Origin: Guillardia theta CCMP2712
Taxonomy: Eukaryota > Protista > Cryptophyta
Reading direction: 5' to 3'
DNA: 64,000 bases
Assembly (NCBI RefSeq): GCF_000315625.1
Contig: NW_005434625.1
Span: 141,726-205,725 of the forward strand
Positions 38,124 to 50,999 of the stretch are shown here, piece after piece (within the stretch, counting starts at the first letter, position 1; each line of letters starts with the position of its first letter). A program made the position numbers and the translations under genes. Below the pieces are notes generated by a model, which had not been told where the DNA came from, did not search any database, and was given only the letters and a program-made list of their open reading frames with translations.

Positions 38124-38159
38124 ACTTTAATACTAAAATGAATAGTTTAGTATTAAAGT
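38124..38159. promoter_or_regulatory. Perfect 14-bp inverted repeat with 8-bp spacer in an AT-rich divergent intergenic region
   Basis: ACTTTAATACTAAA-ATGAATAG-TTTAGTATTAAAGT between head-to-head genes. Confidence 0.6.
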
Positions 38160-38231
38160 GAAGCAATTTAAGGCAAAGGCCTGCCAGTAAAGGGCGGTAT
38201 GTTGGGATCGGTGGAGCAAGGGATCGCCAAG

Positions 38232-39950
38232 ATGGCGGGACTAGAGCGGAGCTGGAGGAAACGATGGGAGCGCGCCAAGGCTCCTCTCGCAGCCATGCTG
38301 AGCCTACGAGCGGAGATGCTGGCGGAGATACGAGAGGAGATGGAGCGAAGGGAAGAAGATGTCCTGGTGGGTTGCTTCCACGAAGAAGAGAGATGGGATC
38401 AAGGTATCGGAGAGAAGGAAAGAGGCAGGACTGACCCAGATCTCGGGATCGAAGGAGCAGATCGGTCATTTGAGGAGGAAGCCAGAGACATGGTCGATCA
38501 GCTGCTTGCTCAGAAGAAAGTCTACGAAGACACTGCTGAGCGCCTTGGAATCGATGCGCAACCTGATGGTCAGTCAGCAACGGGAAAGGACAGCGACCTT
38601 GTATGGAGACCGACGGATGAGCGATGCCGCATGATGCGCAAGAAGGAGATGCATCCCTTCGCTCCATCTCCTCCAGCCGCAGGTCACACGGACGCATATG
38701 GCGGTACCGCTGGTGCTGAAGATGAAGGGGTGGCGCCAAATCAAGACAAGGAGGCCATGACGCCACAACTGTCATGCTCCTTGTGCCCTCCCCCTGGATC
38801 GTCTCGAACGAGGGAGAGGATACGACAGAAGCTCTTGGACCTCGATGAAAGTTTGCGATCAACCCGGCGAGAAATCGACATGGAGCAGGGCGAGCTGGTC
38901 GGATGCTGTTGTCTCTCCCTCCTGCCCTCTGATCGCCATACCGTAGCTCGCTCCTTCCAACACGTCCCCCAGCTTCTTGAGAGGACGCGCGAATTCACGA
39001 TCAAGCGCTGCAGGTAAGTCCGAGCACTCGATGCTGGTGCGGAATGAGGAGAGCGTTCGGTGAGCTCGCTTGCTGGGAACTTGGAGGGGCTTGACGACTT
39101 GGTAGTAGGAGTGTTTGTGCGGATGAGGAGGGAGAAGAAGGTCGAGAGAGAGCGAGCTCTGCCCTAGCTCATGTGTCTGCAGATCTCTTGCTGGACATGG
39201 AGAAGACTCTGTCGGAGTACTGCGATGTTAGTCCCCTTGCTCCCTCCCCGGCTTGTTGTGATGTAGCAGCAGGAGATGTCTGGGTTGCGAGGACGCGTGC
39301 AGTCGCTGTTGGTAGAGAGGAGAAGCTTCCTAGGCCTCTCCGACGTTCTTCGTGACAAGAACAGACAGCTCGAGCTCGAGCGGCGGCGCTTGCAGGTTTC
39401 GCTTCCTTGATCCCCCGCCTGCCTGACTTGTTGCCTGCACGGGCTACAGTCGATGCTCGATGGCGAGCGGAGCAAGGTGCAAGCAGCAGCTGACAGGCAG
39501 TCGAGTGTCAGAGAAGCTGAGGAGGAGCTGGGGGAGTCGCGGAAGCTCAAGGTGTTGTGTCGCTTGTCCTCGGCTGCTGCGCTCACTGCATGTTCAGCTG
39601 CTGCTCGCGAGGCGAATCGCTGGCGTCATCGACCTTCTGCAAGGAGCGAACCCAAGCCGAAGGATGCGCGACGTGAGGATGGGGCGAGACGCGAGAGATG
39701 AAGGGAGGGGGTGGAGGAGGGGGAGAGGGGCGATAGGAGGGAAGGGCTGATGGGATGAGGAGGGGTGGGAGGGTGGGAGAGACAAGGCTGGAGGGGAGGG
39801 GAGGGGAGGGATGGCAAGTTGAATGATTGAGGAGCAGGCGATCGCAGAGCTGCAGGGCATCTCGTTGATGTTGAGCGGGAAGGGCGAGCAGAGGAGGAGG
39901 CGGCGGGAACATGCAACAAGCTGTAAAGACAGCAAATAATACATGACAGG
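38232..39950 (+). CDS. Hypothetical coiled-coil protein (multi-exon)
   Basis: ORF 38199-39017 rich in E/R heptads, followed by short GT-AG-bounded exons. Confidence 0.45.
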
Positions 39951-39973
39951 ACAAGTGAAATATACAGGGGAAG

Positions 39974-41770
39974 TTAGGTGAAGTCCTCGGATCCAAGGTT
40001 CTCGCTGTCGCTCTCCGAGAAGTAGTTGCTGCTGTCCTCGTCGTTGGTCGGGATATTCCTGCCGCCACCTCTCACTGTCCTTCCCTGCTCCCTCCTCTTC
40101 TTCCCCCTCCCCCTCCCCCTCCCCTCCTCGCTCAATCTTCCAATCCTCCCTCCTCTTGTCTTACCCTCCCCTGCCAAGATGCTCCATGGCGACTTCGAGC
40201 TGTCGCACTTGTCAGCATGGTGCGGATAGGCGAGGAAGGTACCTGTGAGCATGCGAGCTTCAGCACGCGCTCGATGCCCTGCGCCATCCTCTGCTCTAGC
40301 AGCTCCAGCACCAACTTCGTGTCCTGTAGGACCATGAGCCTCTTCATCCTCCTCCTCCTCCTCCTCTTACGCCGTGATCTCCGTTGTCGGACACAAACCA
40401 AAGGAAGGAAGCAGCGATGCCGATGACGAGCGAGCTGTTGAGGAGCGCGGCAGTGATGGAGGCGTCGGTGAAGGCCAGGAAGCCAAGGAAGAGAAAGGTT
40501 TCCGTCTGCGACAGGCGTGAGGAGGGAGGAAGGTGAGGGCTGCGCTACCCCGATGAAGAGGACCGTCTCCAGGATCGCCTCGCACAGGATTGCGTAAGTC
40601 GTCAGGTTGACTTGCCGCAGTGAAAGTTTGAGATGACTGGAGATAAGCAACTCGACCACATGCATGGGGAGGATGTGAATGTTCTGCGAGGCTGCTTCAG
40701 TACCCGCTCTTCTCCTCCTCCTCCCTTCCTCCCTTTTCTTCCTTTCCTTCTCTTCCCCTCTCACTTTTCTCCTCTCATCTTCTCTCACCTTGGCTCTGAA
40801 GGAGGAGATTCGCTCTGCCACTAGCCGCTTGGCTTTCACTCGCAGGCGGATCTTCTTGGAGACCGACGCCCACGCGACGAGGACGATGCAGGCCATGAAG
40901 ATGGCGTAGGGAAGGATGCGAGGAACGTCGATGAGGAGGCCGTAAAGGATCCAGAGGCAGCAGATGAAGACGAGGGCGAGAGTGACGAAGAGAGCAGCCG
41001 CGTAGAGGCAGTAGAAGAGGAAGCGAAGGGCCAGTCTCACCCTCACCTCCACTGACTCTGACGCGCTGGCGCCTCCAGCGATAGGAGGAGGGCTGATGTA
41101 GTGGGTAGCGAGCTCCAGAGAGGCGACGAGGCTGTAGAGGAAGCAGAAGATGAAGGTGGCGAAGGAGATGGGCTCTCGCTCGGCGATGCAGACCTCGTAA
41201 TCCTTGCGGTATTCGCACTTGACGCTGAGGACGGAGGCCTTGACGTTCCACCCGAAGTAGATGACGAAGACAATGGGAGCCGCTGAGCAGGGAGGAGAGA
41301 AGGCGGCAGGAGAGAAGACGAGAGGGGAGGGGAGGGGACGGGATCAGCAGGGGATGGGAAAGAAGAGAGGAGGAGGAGGAGGAGGAGGAGGAGGAGGGAA
41401 GGAGAGGAAAAGAGGTGGTGGTGGAGGAGGAGGGGAGGAGGGGAGGAGAGGAAAAGGGGTGGTGGAGGAGGAGGAGGGGAGGAGGGGAGGAGGAAGGGAG
41501 GTATCAGCCAACATTCGCAAGAGTGGAGGAGGTACCGATGAAGGTGATGTCTCTCATTAGCCGAACCCACTCGCCGAAGAGGCTGAGTTGCTGCCCTTCC
41601 TCCATGCTCCACTCGCTCACAAAGTAGAAGAAGTTAGTCCTGCTGATCATCTCCGGCCTCTTCGAGAGTTTCGCCTGCAAGATATCAGCAAGGAGGGGGG
41701 AGGAAGAGAAAGCGCAGATGACGACGATGATGGTGGAGATAACGACGACGATGATGATGATGACGATGTA

Positions 41771-41816
<46 letters not shown>

Positions 41817-44800
41817 GAGATGGCGATGGCCGATGATGACGCATTTGTAGCAGCAGCAGCAAGGAGATGCGGTAGCAGCTCTCACCAGGTCTAGTCCTTC
41901 CTTATGCTCGGCGCTTTTCGTCTTGTCATTTTCCAGGTATTGTCCGATCACTTCCGCCAAGTTCTGCTCTCCCGTCAGCTCTTCCCCCCCCCCCCTCCCC
42001 TTCCCAAATCCCCTCCTTCCCTCNNNNNNNNNNNNNNNNNNNNNNNNNNNNNNNNNNNNNNNNNNNNNNNNNNNNNNNNNNNNNNNNNNNNNNNNNNNNN
42101 NNNNNNNNNNNNNNNNNNNNNNNGGAGGAGGGGGAGAGGAGGAGGCTAGTGACCAGTGTGTTGTAGATGGTGATGATACGCTGGTTGAAAACTGGAGTGT
42201 TGGCTGGAAGCACCCCAGGACAGAAGGCAGGCTTCAAGGTGAGCTGGCAGAATTGTTGGCAATCGCAGAGGAAAAGAGGATTGAGGCATAGAAACGAGGA
42301 GGAAGATGGCGGGGTTAAAAGAGGCGAGGAGGGAGAGGAGAAACCTTAGACAACCCTCTAACGGGAGAGAGAAGCTTCAACGAGAAGAAGTCGAGGATCC
42401 AGGTAGGGACGATGAGGTAGCGGATGTGGGACAGCCAGGCGAAGGAGGCGTAGGTTGACTCGGGAGCTCCTGGCCCTGTGACCTGCAGGACAAACCAGTT
42501 GGCGTTGGGCTGATTGGCTCCCCCCGGATGAAAGAGCGAGTCCAGGTTGATCTTGGACGTCTCGCTGAAGTCCACCGGCACCGTCGGCTCCTGGACGGGG
42601 ACGAGGCTCAGATTGTAGGAGGAGACGGAGAGCAGCGGGCTGGATGAGTGAGCTTCGATTGGGTCGGCGAGGGACTGCAAGGAGATCTGCCCCTTGTCGG
42701 ACACCATCGTCCACTGCTGCACCAAGTTGCCTGGCGTCCAAGGCATGTTGATGCTGTCGACGCAGGCGCCGCACCTGGGCTGGTCAGGGATGGGAAACAA
42801 GTCGGCGGAGGTGGCGCCGGAGCAGACTTGGTGGCAGCAGGTGCCGTCCTCTGCACAGAGGCCGTTGAGGGAGGAGTAGGGGGCCTCGCAGTTGGGCTTG
42901 CAGAAGCACTGCTGCGTCTGAACGAGGGTGCAGTCGGACGGGTTGTAGCAGCCGCTGACGAGGGGGGTGGGCAAGTTGGGGCAGGGGGAGGTGCTGTCCT
43001 CCTGCAGGATGCTGGGGTCAGGAGCGACAGTGACGTTGCTGGGCTTGATGAACTCGCAGATGTCCTGGCAGTTGCTGTCCACGTAGAGCGAGTTGTTGGC
43101 GGCAGTGAGGCAGACGAGGTTGTCGCTCTTCTGCCAGACCGTCGCTGACGTCATCTGCCTTGTCGTCACGATCATGTCCGCGTCCACTGAAGTCATCGTC
43201 GCCTTGGGGACGCTCGCCTGCACCCGATCGAGGATGAGTCCTCACCCTCCGATCTCACACTCACGCTCCTCCCCCCCCCTCCTACTGTTCCTGTTCCTGC
43301 TCCTCCATGCCCCCTCTCCCGTCTTTCATCCCCCTGATCCCACCCCTCCCCTCCCTCTCCCTCTCGTCTTGACTTGCTTGTCCCTCCTCTCTCTCCTCCG
43401 CCTCCTCTGACCGTGAGGGTCCCGAGATCCATCGCCAGCAGCTCTCCGCTCCTCACGTTGAAGATGAACTCCTTGGCGCTCACGTTCTCTAGCCGCGCTT
43501 GCACGAAGCGACCTAAGGGATGGCAGGATGAGAAGAAGCTCAGCGAAAGGGAGGAGAGTGAAAGAAGTAGGAGGAGGAAGCGAGAAACCCAAGGACAAGT
43601 AGTAGTAGTAGTAGCAGTAGCAGGAGGAGGAGCAGCAGGAGCAGGAGGAGGAGCAAGACCAGGAGTTTGGCAGATTCACCTTGCATGGAGAAAGTGTTTG
43701 GGCCGAAGTCAAGGCCGAGACCTGCCGTGTCAGGGTCCATGGGCCCCCCGCGGATGCTCGTCACGTTGTCACCCTTGGAGTTGATGAAGAGCGAGGGGAT
43801 GACGTAGCGGTCAGGGATGATCACCTGACAAGCGAACTGTCAGATTCCCAGCTGCAGCCGAGCAGAGGGCGAGCAGGTCGACATCACCTGGACGGAGCAC
43901 CAGTAGTTGAGGTACTTGACGTCCTCGGGGAGGTTGTTGAAGATCTCTAACTGGGAGTCCGGGCTGCAGGTGTCGCTCTTGAGGTAGATGTCCTTGTTCT
44001 TGGGGAAGGAAAACCTGATCTTCATCGCCTCCAGCTGGTTCTCGGGAGCTGGGAACTTGCGGGACGGGACGAAGCGGACGTAGCAGTTGTCAAGAGAGAG
44101 GGAGATGCTCTTCTGAGAGTCGAGAAGGTAGGAGCGAAGGAAGACGAGGGGGCCGGAGGTCTTGGACATGGAGCCCGAGGCGATGATGCCGGCGATGAAG
44201 ACGGCGACAACGAGGAAGAGGAAGTGAGCGTTGGAGGATCCTTCAGAGGGGAGCAGGTGGTACTTGCGTCCCTTGTAGAAGAACTCCCATTTCTTCTTCC
44301 TCAGGTATCGGAAGAGCGTCCCGTGCCGCTGCGTCAGCCATGCGATGATGAGGTAGCTGGAGATGAGGAAGGCAACGCCGAAGAGGGCGGAGAGCGACGC
44401 GATGAGCACGATGTCCTGCTTCACCGGCTTGCACAGCCCGTAGGCTGCGTTGGTGCTGTAGAACTTGGAGTAGTTGGTCCCATTGAACGCGAGTCCCTCC
44501 TCGCAGTCCTCGAACTTGGGTTTGCTCTTCCCGATCATGCACTTCCCTTTCCCCCCGCACGTCGTCGGGCACCAGCCGCACAGTCGGTCGCGGTTGCAGT
44601 CGAGGCAGGTGGGGTACCGGCAGGTCTCCTTGGCCCCCACCACGGCGTCGAGGGTGCCGGAGGTGAGGCCGGGGAGGGGGGGGCTGCAGGGCATGCGGTT
44701 GTCTCGCGTGCAGGTGGTGGTTTGGATGTTGGTCAGCGGGTCGTAGCGCGCGCAGGTCGTGTCGCGCTTGCACAGGCCGTAGTTGCCCATGTCGTTGGCC

Positions 44801-47800
44801 ATGAGCTCGAGAGGAGCGTAGCCCGTGTACTGGTCGTCGGTGTCGAAGAAGATGTCTTTCATCTGCATGTTGATGTCTCTCAGCTTGCCCCACATCACGA
44901 AGTTCCTCCTGTTCTGCCTGTCAAAGTACTCGTAGATCTGCGTCGTCGGCACCACGTTGCCGATCCTGAGGGCTCCAGAGTTCTGCCGGCCGAAGCGAAT
45001 GATGAGCGTCATGTTGCCGCAGGTGGCCGGGCAATTGGGGGTGACAACGTCCATGTCGACGTCAGAGAAGGAGACGAAGGAGCCGGAGGCGGTGGGAGGG
45101 AGGCGGGAGATGTTGGGGTAGAGGCACAGGGTCCCTCCTGTGGAGAACAAGTCCATGTAGCTCGTCCGGCACAAGACGCCGCGCTGGTAGTTGAAGACGG
45201 AGGTGGTAGCAGAGATGACCGGGGGGTTGTTGATGGAGACGACGTTGATGGGGAGGAGGAAGGAGTCGGTCTGAATGCTCTGGTAGGTCCCAGACGAGTA
45301 GCCGAGGTCGCTCACGAAGACACTGAGAGCGTCAGGCCCGAAGTAGTTGAGGTCGGAGACGTAGGAGATGTACTTGTCGATCAGCGCCTGCTGCAGGTTC
45401 GCCAGGCTTGTCTTGATCCAGAGCCTCGACACGTTGAACAGACAGTCAAACTCGACCGGGCAGTTGACGAGCGACGTGCATCCAGCAGTCGGGTCGCAGT
45501 AGGGGGTGCTGTTGGTGAGGGCGAAGTAGGATGGCTTCAGGGTGGTGGGGAACTGAGGAGGGCGAGGGTAGAAGGAGAGCTTGCCGTGCGACACAGAGAG
45601 GACGAGGAGGATCTCTCCTGGGTTCGAGTTGCTCGACAGCAGCTGGCCCTTGAAGTATGTACACACTCCACTGCCGCACATGGTGGTCCCTTGCACGCAT
45701 GCCGCCCCGTCACTGGGACCCCCGACGCATCGGTAGCTGGACACCAGGTGGGTGCCGTACCCTCCCGTGCAGAGGATGCTGCAGATGGGCGAGAGCTCGC
45801 AGTTGAGAGGCAGAATGCCCGGGAGGGTGGTGGAGCAGGCGGAGGAGAAGATTGACTCGGCCTCTTTCGAGTCAGCGTCGGTGATCCAGAGCACGTCGGG
45901 GGAGACGGAGAAGATGGAGTCTTCGTCGACGTCGATGTAGTCGGAGGTCTTGTTGATCATGATAGGGTACGTCGTCAGCAAGATGTCTCGGGAAGGCCAT
46001 GACGGCATCTGCGTCCAGGCGCTGATATACGCGAGGTTCCTCAGCTTACAGCCCGAAGCTCCGCAGAAGAGCTCGTTAGAGAAGTTGGGGCCTCGAGGAC
46101 AGTCCATCTTGCGGTCGCTGTAACGGGCGTCGCAGGTGGTGTAGATCCTCCTGCCGATGACCGGGGGATCGTTGACACTTGCGATGTTGACCTTGATGGT
46201 CTTGGTCTTGGAGAGGGAGGGGGGGAGGATCAGCGACCCGTCGGCAGCCTTGGTGACGTCACCGATGGCTCCTTCGTCGTTGACGGAGATGGTGATGGTC
46301 TCGCTGTTGCCGGGCACGTCGGTGTTGAAGTGAGGGTCAGGAAGGTACGTCAGGTTGGACAGCGCGTACGCCACGTCCCGCAACCTCCCCTTGATGGCGA
46401 TGAAGCGGTTGCCGATCAGGGGGATGGACTCTTGCGTGCTCTGCCCGTTGATGGTGATGGGGCTCGAGCAGTGGGAGAAGGAGGAGGAGGAGCTTGCTCC
46501 TGTCGGCTCGAACAGGACGGAGGAGTAGCAGGGGCAGCCGTACGAGATGGTCGTCACTGACTCTTGTACCACAGGGACCCTGCGAGGAGGAGAGACTGGC
46601 GTGCGGAGAATTTTGCCGAAGGCGTTGCGGCTGAGGGAGACGAGAGACCCGCAGTAAGGCTCTATGGAGTTCAGCCCGCTGATCCTCGTGTACAGCCCGA
46701 CGTTGCCCTGCGGGTGCTTGTAGTCCATGAGCTTCACCCGGCATCCGAGCTCGGAGCTCTGAGGGTCGTAGGCGAGGTCGCAGTTGGTGTCGCCGTCGAA
46801 GAGGACGTCTTCAAGGAAGGTCTCGTTTAGGAAGAGCCGTCCGTGTTGGCAGCTGACGTTGAGGGTGATGTACCGGTCGTTGTAGCCGAAGTCTTTCGAG
46901 TCCGGGTCGACGATGCTGATCCCGTTGGTCTTTCGCACCCACGCCCCGTTGCTCGTCGACCACAGCGGCTGCATGGTGCAGGCCCCCGTCGCATCGTTGA
47001 TGCATGCCTGCTCGAACTGAACCTGCGCTGGGTCGGGCGGAGCGTCGGGAGTGATGGAGGAGGGGCCAGGGATGAGGTTGAGGATGCCTCCGACGAGCTC
47101 GTAGTGGTCAGTGTTGATGAAGGAGTAGGGTTTGCCTTCCACTACCGTCACCTCCGAAGGCCCCAGGAGGTCGGGGGGGTCGTTGATGGCAGTGACGGAC
47201 ACCACGAACGACTGCTCGGTGAAGCAGCCGGCGCGGTAGGGGCGACCGCAGTCCGTGCAGACGGAGCAGTCGTTGGTGCAGGAGCAGTCTTGCGGGCAGA
47301 GCATGCAGCGCCGTCGGGTCCCCCCGCTGTTGCCCATGTCGTTGACGATGAGGGTGAGATGATCCTCGTCGTCGTAGAGGATGTTGAAGGAGGAGGTTCG
47401 CTGGTCGACCGGCAGCCTGTACCGCTTGTTGTAGTGCGGGTACTTGGGATGCGACGTCAGGTACACCATCTTAGCCAGAGCCGCGTTGATCTGCACAAGG
47501 GGCCCGAAGAACTCGAGCTCCGGAGCTCCGGTGACCTGCATCTGGCTGATGATGGCTGGCTTCGACGTCCCCTCCTGCAGTATGAGGGCTGACAGGCACT
47601 TCTGAGAGTTGGCGCCGTGGTAGGTGCAGGGATAACCCCCGCTGAGGAGACTGAAGTCGGAGTCGAAGGTGAGGGTGGGGTCCCCCTTGTACCCTATCGG
47701 CCCTTGTCCGAAGGGTCCGCACATCCCCTCGCCCCTCCTGCACCCGCACCGAGAGAAGTTTGACAACTTTGACCCGACAGCGTTGACCCCGCAGTCAGAG

Positions 47801-50670
47801 TCGCTGCTGCAGTTCACGTCAAGGTTGTTACAGCAGTAGCAGGGCCGCTCAGGGCTCCCGCAGGCCGGAACGAGGCCCTGCTGGCACCCGCAGAGGTTGT
47901 GAATGAGGCTGAAGGAGTTGCAGTCTGCGCTGGAGCTACAGGGGTGGGTAATGTTGGCGCAGCAGAAGCAGTCGACCCCTGGCGTGCACCCGCGGAGCTG
48001 AGGGGGAACGCAGTCCTGGTTGCTCGTGCACTTCTTGCCTACCGTGAACGGGTTGGCACTGAGAAAGCCGGTCCCTCCTCCCACCACCGAAGAGGTTGCA
48101 CTGTACACGGGCATGCCGCCACAGGTCATGTCCTGGGTCTCGACGGCAGCGTAGAGCAGATCCAAGTAGAGGAGGGCGCGTTCGAGCTTCGTGCGGTTGA
48201 TGTACATCAGGATCGCCGTCCCCTTGCTACACGCGGCGTCGTCGAGGAGGCACTGACAGTTGGTCGTGCACGTCTCGTCCGCGAGCGCGCAGACCTCCTG
48301 GTACTTGATGGAGGCGCTGCTGCTCTGCTTGAGGCAGGTGACCGGGTCGGCGATGCAGGCCTGGGCCCGGCAGAGGTCGTGACCGAGGTTCCTCTTGTCG
48401 ACGTTGAACCACATCTGAGTTGAGTTGAGGGTGACGGTGATGTCGCGAGCCGCCGGGCTCAGGAGGATGTAGGCGCGGGTCACAGACAGGTAGACCTTGA
48501 TCTTGTTCAGCAGCGGCGTGTACTGCACGTTTGACACCCAGTCGTCCTGCGCAAGGCCAGACGTCATCACCTCAGACACGTCCACGTCGTCAATGCCCAA
48601 GGAGGAGAGCGTGAAGGCTTGGTTCTCGTTGGGCAGGAAGAGCGTAGATGAAGGCGTTGAGATCGTCGGAGCATCGTTGACAGCCACGATAGTCACGTTC
48701 ACCCTCAGACCGCATGACAAATCCTTCCCCGCTCCCATCCCGTAGTTCTCCGGCCCCTTGTAGCACTGAGATATCCCATCGTAGCCTGTGAAGCCCTGAT
48801 CCTGCGCAACCACCAGCAGAAACTCGTCTCTCCCCCCACGCTGCGAGTTGTAGTTGAGAGCCGCTGAGTTCGGGCCGGCGTACTGGGGCAGTTCAGTCTG
48901 GTACAGGATGGACTTGATGGCATAGTTGGTCGGAGGGATTGCCGCAGTCCAGGCGAACTCACTTCGAGTGTCAGTGTAGATCCCCAGAGCGTCTCTCCTG
49001 TTCACGATCTGTGCCCCCTGCTGCGCTCGGACCGTCACGTCCATTGTCGAGCAATAGGGAACGTTGTAGCTGCAGTCCTCGGAGATATCCACGTCCTCGA
49101 TCTGAATCCCTTCCACAGCCCGGGCCTCGGTCCGGTCCTCGTACCGCCAGAACTGCCCGAAGTAGTACTCGAGGGTCTTGAGGCCAGAAGACCTGAGGGG
49201 ACAGGAGTCAGTCAGCTCGGAATGAGGGGACGGCAGGTCGTTTCACCCGCTCGCCGCGGATCCTGCCGAGCACTCCGGCTCAGGGTTACAATTGATCATA
49301 CTGGCGGCTTCAGAGGGAAACCCTAGCGCTCCTCGAGTCTCTTGGGGGAAGGGACACGGGCCGTAGAGTGAGGCCCCGACGTTGGCTAGGAGAACAGCGC
49401 CAGTCCCAGTCCCCTGCACAGAGAGAGTAGGAGGAAACTCGGACACATACCCTTTCCCGTAGCTCGTAACCGCAAGAGCTAGAATCTCCCCAGCGCTGCC
49501 AACTTCTGACACCTTGGCAGCGAACGGAGAAGCCACACACGTGCTGCACTTCCCGGTGCAAGTGACGACCACGAGGTCTCCGACAGTGTAGCCAGCTCCT
49601 GCCGCAGCGAAGCGAAGGTCTCGCAGGTCGCCGATGCAGCCGGGACGGAAGTAGCAGTCCTGAGGGTCGCTGATGACTGGAGGGTCGTTGTTGTCCCAGA
49701 TGTTGACAAGTATGGATCCAGCGGAGATGAGAGTCGCTCCCCCGAGGCTGCCGCACATCCCTGACGGGCACTCACCTATCCCCAACGTCACGTCCCAGAT
49801 CTCATAGGGCTGGCTGCGGGTGGCGATAGGGTCGAGATGGTAGGCGCGAAGGCGCTTGGAGTTGAGGTTGAGGTTGGGTTTGAAGGTTAGGTCTCTCAAG
49901 GCTTGAGTCACTTGGTCGACCGTGCCGACGATCCGCATCGTCATAATCCGCGGCTCTGGGTAGGTGGTGATGGAGGCAGAGACAGACGCCTGACCTGCTC
50001 CGCGAGCGCACGCCGACTTCGATAAGTCGCAGTTGAGCGAGGAGAACTGTCCCCACTTGGAGGAGATCTGAAAGGAGACGCCCGTGTTGGAGTAGTCAGA
50101 GCCGGCCGGCACGTTGAACGTGAAGGAGATGTTGGCTGGAGTCCAGGTGTCTTCGAACGCCTCCACCACGGGCAGGCAAAGTGGGTTGAAGGTTACCCCC
50201 GGCCATCCGGTGAAGAGAGTACCGTCGGCGGAGTAGACAGAGTCGAACGCGAGACACTGCCCGCTGCAGGTTTGACACTTGGCGTCTGAGTCGCACGTTG
50301 ATCCGCCTGCAAGCTCACAAGGTCACTCGCAGAGATGGAGCGGGAGGACGCACCTATCTTGTCGCAGGACGCACAGTAGGTCACGGCTGGATCCGAAGAG
50401 CAGCCGTAGGGATTGAGGAAAACTCCGGGGTAGAGGTGCAGGTAGCCCCAAGTCCATTGCTGCTCACAGACATGAGCGGCAGCAAGTCACAGACATGCAA
50501 ACCCACCACTAGCGTCGACCCTTGGAACCTCGTCATGGAACCAGGTTTGACTGAGGTCAGGTTCGCCGTCATGATCTTCCACACCTGGATGAAGGAAGTC
50601 AAGAGCTCGGTATCCTCCTTCAGGCAGCAAGACGTCGCTGCTGTGATACCTCTGCCGCGTCGCTGATCGT
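39974..50670 (-). CDS. Giant cell-surface protein: cadherin-like/Ig repeats, Cys-rich modules, PSI domain, two TMs, second ectodomain, multi-TM C-terminus (5' end uncertain)
   Basis: Exon ORFs 49243-50169, 43840-49116 (1758 aa), 43540-43824, 42315-43223 and 40132-41250. Repeated V.I..(V/I)N(D/N)PP linkers and L..LTY.P...FN motifs; PSI CRYPTCLDCNRDRLCGWC...C; hydrophobic helices. Confidence 0.75.
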
Positions 50671-50943
50671 GATCAACGCGAAGAAAACAAGCGCTGCTGC
50701 GGTTCGGAAAGAAACTCAGAGGCAACAGCTCAGCCCAGTTGAGAGATCACCTTGCATGCTTGACCTCACCATATCAACGAGATTCGGATACTAGCAGGTC
50801 AGCGAACAGATTCCAACCATCTCACTGGGAGGGTCACTGATTTGCCAAGCGGGACATCATAGGAAGGGAAGGCCTGAGATGTCAAGCTACGTCCGCGTGA
50901 ACTTCTTCTATCTTCTTATTCCCTCTGCGCTAGTTGTACATGT

Positions 50944-50999
50944 CTCTTCTCTTCTCTTCTCTTCTCTTCTCTTCTCTTCTCTTCTCTTCTCTTCTCTTC
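50944..50999. repeat. (TCTTC)n microsatellite
   Basis: Directly visible in the sequence. Confidence 0.9.

Noticed and set aside
44224-45855. 543-aa plus-strand ORF
   Set aside because: Antisense shadow of the GC3-rich giant gene exon.
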